Under the pieces are notes generated by a model. The model did no database searches. It saw only the letters and a list, made by a program, of their open reading frames with translations, and was not told the DNA's origin. From NCBI GenBank assembly GCA_030390025.1, contig CM059432.1, positions 112,532,001 to 112,596,000 on the forward strand: a stretch of DNA of 64,000 nt. The letters are read 5' to 3'. The translations under genes and the position numbers were made by a program. Position 1 is the stretch's first letter; each line of letters opens with the position of its first letter. Source of the stretch: Squalus acanthias. Taxonomy: Eukaryota. Shown piece by piece: positions 60,448-64,000 of the stretch.

Positions 60448-62020
60448 GATTGTAGGGCTCAATTGGTTAAAGTGGTCCAATAACAAAAACTTTCAACAGA
60501 ACCTCAGAGCAGAACCAACTCTCAGCTTTTGAGGAAAGAAAATGGACGGTCAAAAGGGCTATTTCTTTCACCTCACTATTCTTCCTACTTCACTATTTGA
60601 TATAATTCCTTCAATGTGTGAAATATACAAAATGTGAGGTATAGCTAATGTATCAGAGAGAGGCAGCGAAAATAGATTGTAGCAAACAGCATCACAAGCA
60701 TGGAAGTGAAGTCTAATTATGGTGTCACTGCTAATGCAACAGCACCTCCAGAATCAGGACGAGAGCGGTACCACCATTGTTCCAGAATGTGGTAGCTACA
60801 GAGAAAAGGCCAGGTAACTGGCATTAAAGAACCACATTTTTAGGCATAAGTCCTTTCTTTAAAAATAAATAAATAAATAAATGAGCATTGAATTGGTCTA
60901 GGAGGTTGCTTTTATCAGATAAAAATTGGTCTGAGCAGCCAGGGATTTTGGGTAGAACCAAAGGAAGTCTCTTTGCATAATGTTCACTGTTTCACGTTGT
61001 ACCCGTTCACCTCAAGCCTATTTTTTTCCCCTATTTCCTAACCAACATTTACCTCTTGTTTAAATCAGTCATTTCAAACAATTACTATTGTATGATTAGA
61101 GTTCAATCTGAAGTCTGCATGGCCATTGGACAGCAGGACTGCAAGCCTTGGGGAAAGGCCAGTTTTACTAGGCTGAGATGTGATTTAGCAAAAGTTAACT
61201 GGAAACAGCTACTTGAAGGTAAATCGGTGTCAGAGCAGTGGGAGGCATTCAAGGAGGAGATAGTGAGGGTTCAGAGCAAATATGTTCTCACAAAGATAAA
61301 GGGTGGGACTCCCAAAACTACAGCCCCATGGATGTCAAGGGGCATACAGGGTAGGATAAGGCAAAAAAGGGAAGCTTATGTCAGATACCGAGAATTAAAT
61401 ATTGCAGAAAGCCTAGAGGAGTATAGAAAGTGCAGGGGTGAAATTAAAAAGGAAATTAGGAAAGCAAAGAGACGGCATGAAAAAATACTGGCAAGTAAAA
61501 TCAAGGAAAACCCAAAGATGTTTTATAAATATTTAAAGAGCAAGAAGATAACTAAAGAAAGAGTAGGGCCTATTGGAGACCAAAAAGGAAGCTTGTGTGT
61601 GGAGGCAAAAGATGTGGGTATGGTTCTTAATGAATACTTTGCGTCTGTCTTCACAGAAGAGAGGGACGATGCAGACATTGTAGTTGAGGAGTATGAAATA
61701 TTAGATGAGATAAACATAGTGAGAGAGGAAATATCAAGGGGTTTAGGATCTATGAAAGTAGGTAAATCGCCAGGCCTGGATGAAATGTATCCCAGGCTTT
61801 TAAGAGAAGCAAGGGAGGAATTAGTGGAGGCTCTGACCATCATTTTCCAATCCTCTCTGGCTACAAGCATGGTGCCGGAGGACTGGAAGACTGCTAATGT
61901 ACCGTTGTTTAAAACGGGAGAAAGGGATAAACTGAATAATTACAGGCCAGTCAGCCTAACCTCGTGGTGGGCAAATTGTTGGAAAAATTCTGAGGGACAG
62001 TATTAATCGTTATTTAGAAA

Positions 62021-62164
62021 AAAATGAGAAGTCGCACAACACCAGGTTATAGTCCAACAGATTTATTTTAAATTACAAGCTTTCGGAGCTGTCGCCCCTT
62101 CGTCAGGTAAAGGTGCAATGAAGGAATCTACAATATTACACAGTATATAAACACAGAAATGTAT
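62021..62164 (-). mobile_element. 144-bp PLE-type non-coding insertion carrying a hammerhead ribozyme
   Basis: Exact 12-bp TSD gttatttagaaa (62009-62020, 62165-62176) within CR1; hammerhead followed by AATAAA on the minus strand. Confidence 0.85.
62073..62110 (-). ncRNA. Minimal type-I hammerhead ribozyme motif (intact core)
   Basis: UUAC-CUGACGA-A-GGGGC-GACA-GCUCC-GAAA-GCUU-GUAA: helix I UUAC/GUAA, helix II GGGGC/GCUCC, palindromic AGCU helix III, CUU triplet. Confidence 0.85.
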
Positions 62165-63414
62165 GTTATTTAGAAAGGTATGGATTAGTCAAGGACAGTC
62201 AGCATGGATTTGTTAAGGGAAGTTCGTGTCTGACTAACTTGATTGAATTTTTTGAGGAGGTAACAAGGAGGGTCGCTGAGGGTAGCACGTTTGATGTAGT
62301 CTACATGGATTTTAACAAGGCTTTTGACAACGTCCCACATGGCAGACAGGTCACGAAAGTGAAAGCTCATGAGATCCAGGGCAGAATGGCAAGTTGGATC
62401 CAGTGGCAGGAAGCAAAGGGTAATGGTTGACTGGAAGGCTGTTTCCAGTGGGGTTCTGCAGGGCTCAGTACTAGGTCCCTTGCTTGTTGTGGTATATATC
62501 AATGATTTAGACTTCAATGTAAAGGGGCATGATTAAGAAGTTTGCCAATGATACGAAAATTGGCTGTGTGGTTGATAGTGAGGAAGAAAGCTGTAGACTG
62601 CAGGAAGATATCAATGGACTGGTCAGGTGGGCAGACAAGTGGCAAATGGAATTCAATCTGGAGAAGTGTGAGATGATGCATTTGGGGAGGGCTAACAAGG
62701 CAAGGGAATACACTATAAATGGTCGGATACTGAGAAGTGTAGAGGAATAGAGGGACTTTGGAGTGCATGTCAACAGATCATTGAAGGTAGCAGGACAGGT
62801 AGATAAGGTGGTTAAGAAGGCAAATGGGACACTTTCCTTTATTAACGAGGCATTGAATATAAGATAAGGGAGGTTATGCTTGAACTGTACAAAACACTAG
62901 TTAGGCACAGCTAGAGTACTATGTACAGTTCTGGTCACCACATTACAGGAAAGATGTGATTGCACTAGAGAGGGTACAGAGGAGATTTACGAGGACGTTG
63001 CCAGGACTGGAGAAGTTTAGCTATGAGGAAAGATGGGCTAGGCTGGGGTTGTTTTCTTTGGAACAGAGGAGGCTGAGGGGAGACTTGATTGAGGTGTATA
63101 AAATTATGAGGGGCTGAGATAGAGTGGATAGGAAGGACCTATTTCCCTCAGCAGTGAGGTCAATAACCTGGGGGCATAGATTTAAAGTAATTGGTAGAAG
63201 AATTAGAGGGGATTTGAGGAGAAATATTTTCACCCAGAGGGTGGTGGGGGTCTGGAACTCACTGCCTGAAAGGGTGGTAGAGGCAGAAACCCTCATCACA
63301 TTTAAAAAGTACTTGGATATACACTTGAAGTGCCGTAACCTACAGGGCTATGGACCAAGAGCTGGAAAGTGGGATTAGAATGGATAGCTCATTTTCGGCC
63401 AGCACAGACACGAT

Positions 63415-64000
63415 GGGCTGGATTTTGCGGGGGGTCAGCAGGTGTGATCGGTGGCGGTTCATGGGAAAGTTTTTTTTTTCCCAGCGGGTCGGGAACCTGC
63501 TGTGAACCCGCCACCACGCGCCTTTACCAAATGTCGGGTCTGTCAGCACTGAGCAGACCTGACACGCAGCGGTGGGAGAGGCAATTGAAATCATCAGTGG
63601 CTTGTTTACAACCACTTATCAATGGTTTTTTCCCAGCTTTTTGGATTTGACAGGTCGCCCACCAGTTTCATGTTGTGCCTAGACTTTGTCAGTGAAGTTG
63701 AGGTGGGAGGTCACTGCCCATTGAATCAGCTGATGAGTTAACAGCTTCAAATGTCAAGTCAAAGCTCCCAGCTTCTCTAAACTGCATTTCCACTACCGAT
63801 TCAGGATGCTGCAAGTCTTTACACAAGTGTCCATCCAGTCTGACCTCATTACCTCTCCCAGCATTGACAGATCGCTTCTGTCGTCTCTACTTCACCTGCC
63901 ATCTATTCCATCAGCATGGGTGCCCTTGAAACTCTCTCACCTTGGTCCTCAGAATCCCACCACGATCAGCCCCAACACCAGCAGCACAAGGCACACCAAC
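63415..64000. mobile_element. Left end of a Harbinger element (runs off the window)
   Basis: TIR gggctggatttt identical to 5493; 63860-64000 is homologous to 35670-35810, with probable transposase ATG at 63917. Confidence 0.85.

Larger units (their letters stand above)
61150..63414 (+). mobile_element. CR1 LINE, 5'-truncated; 3' UTR interrupted by a Harbinger
   Basis: ORFs 61056-62006, 62239-62430, 62529-62750 and 63124-63378. Confidence 0.95.

Noticed and set aside
61056..62006. 316-aa ORF as a host gene
   Set aside because: It is the CR1 ORF2 linker and RT N-terminus with a chance upstream extension.

Overview
Eukaryotic, repeat-dominated DNA, most likely from a shark or other cartilaginous fish. 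This rests on the SINE content (HE1-like V-SINEs, SacSINE1-like Deu-SINEs, LF-SINE-like elements) and shark-type CR1 LINEs, all recognised from memory rather than by database search. No host protein-coding gene can be supported: the long ORFs I can assign are transposon-derived, mostly frameshifted. Contents: (1) many 5'-truncated CR1 LINEs, one with an uninterrupted 428-aa RT frame, plus Zenon-like CR1-clade, RTE, L2 and Vingi-like LINE fragments; (2) a Neptune-type Penelope element with a 14-bp TSD and two PLE-type fragments, together carrying three minimal type-I hammerhead ribozyme motifs, one of them in a stand-alone 144-bp TSD-flanked insertion; (3) a dense PIF/Harbinger set: two decayed two-gene elements (DDE transposase plus convergent Myb/SANT gene), transposase-deleted Myb-retaining derivatives, and ORF-less MITEs. 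The MITEs keep a conserved 63-64 nt GT-AG intron, a covarying hairpin and repeated GGAGGCGGG motifs, and they insert at a quasi-palindromic target; (4) two AT-rich, TE-poor islands (about 28.9-33 kb and 51.6-60 kb), one containing a 250-bp old palindrome. Boundaries not defined by TSDs or TIRs are approximate.
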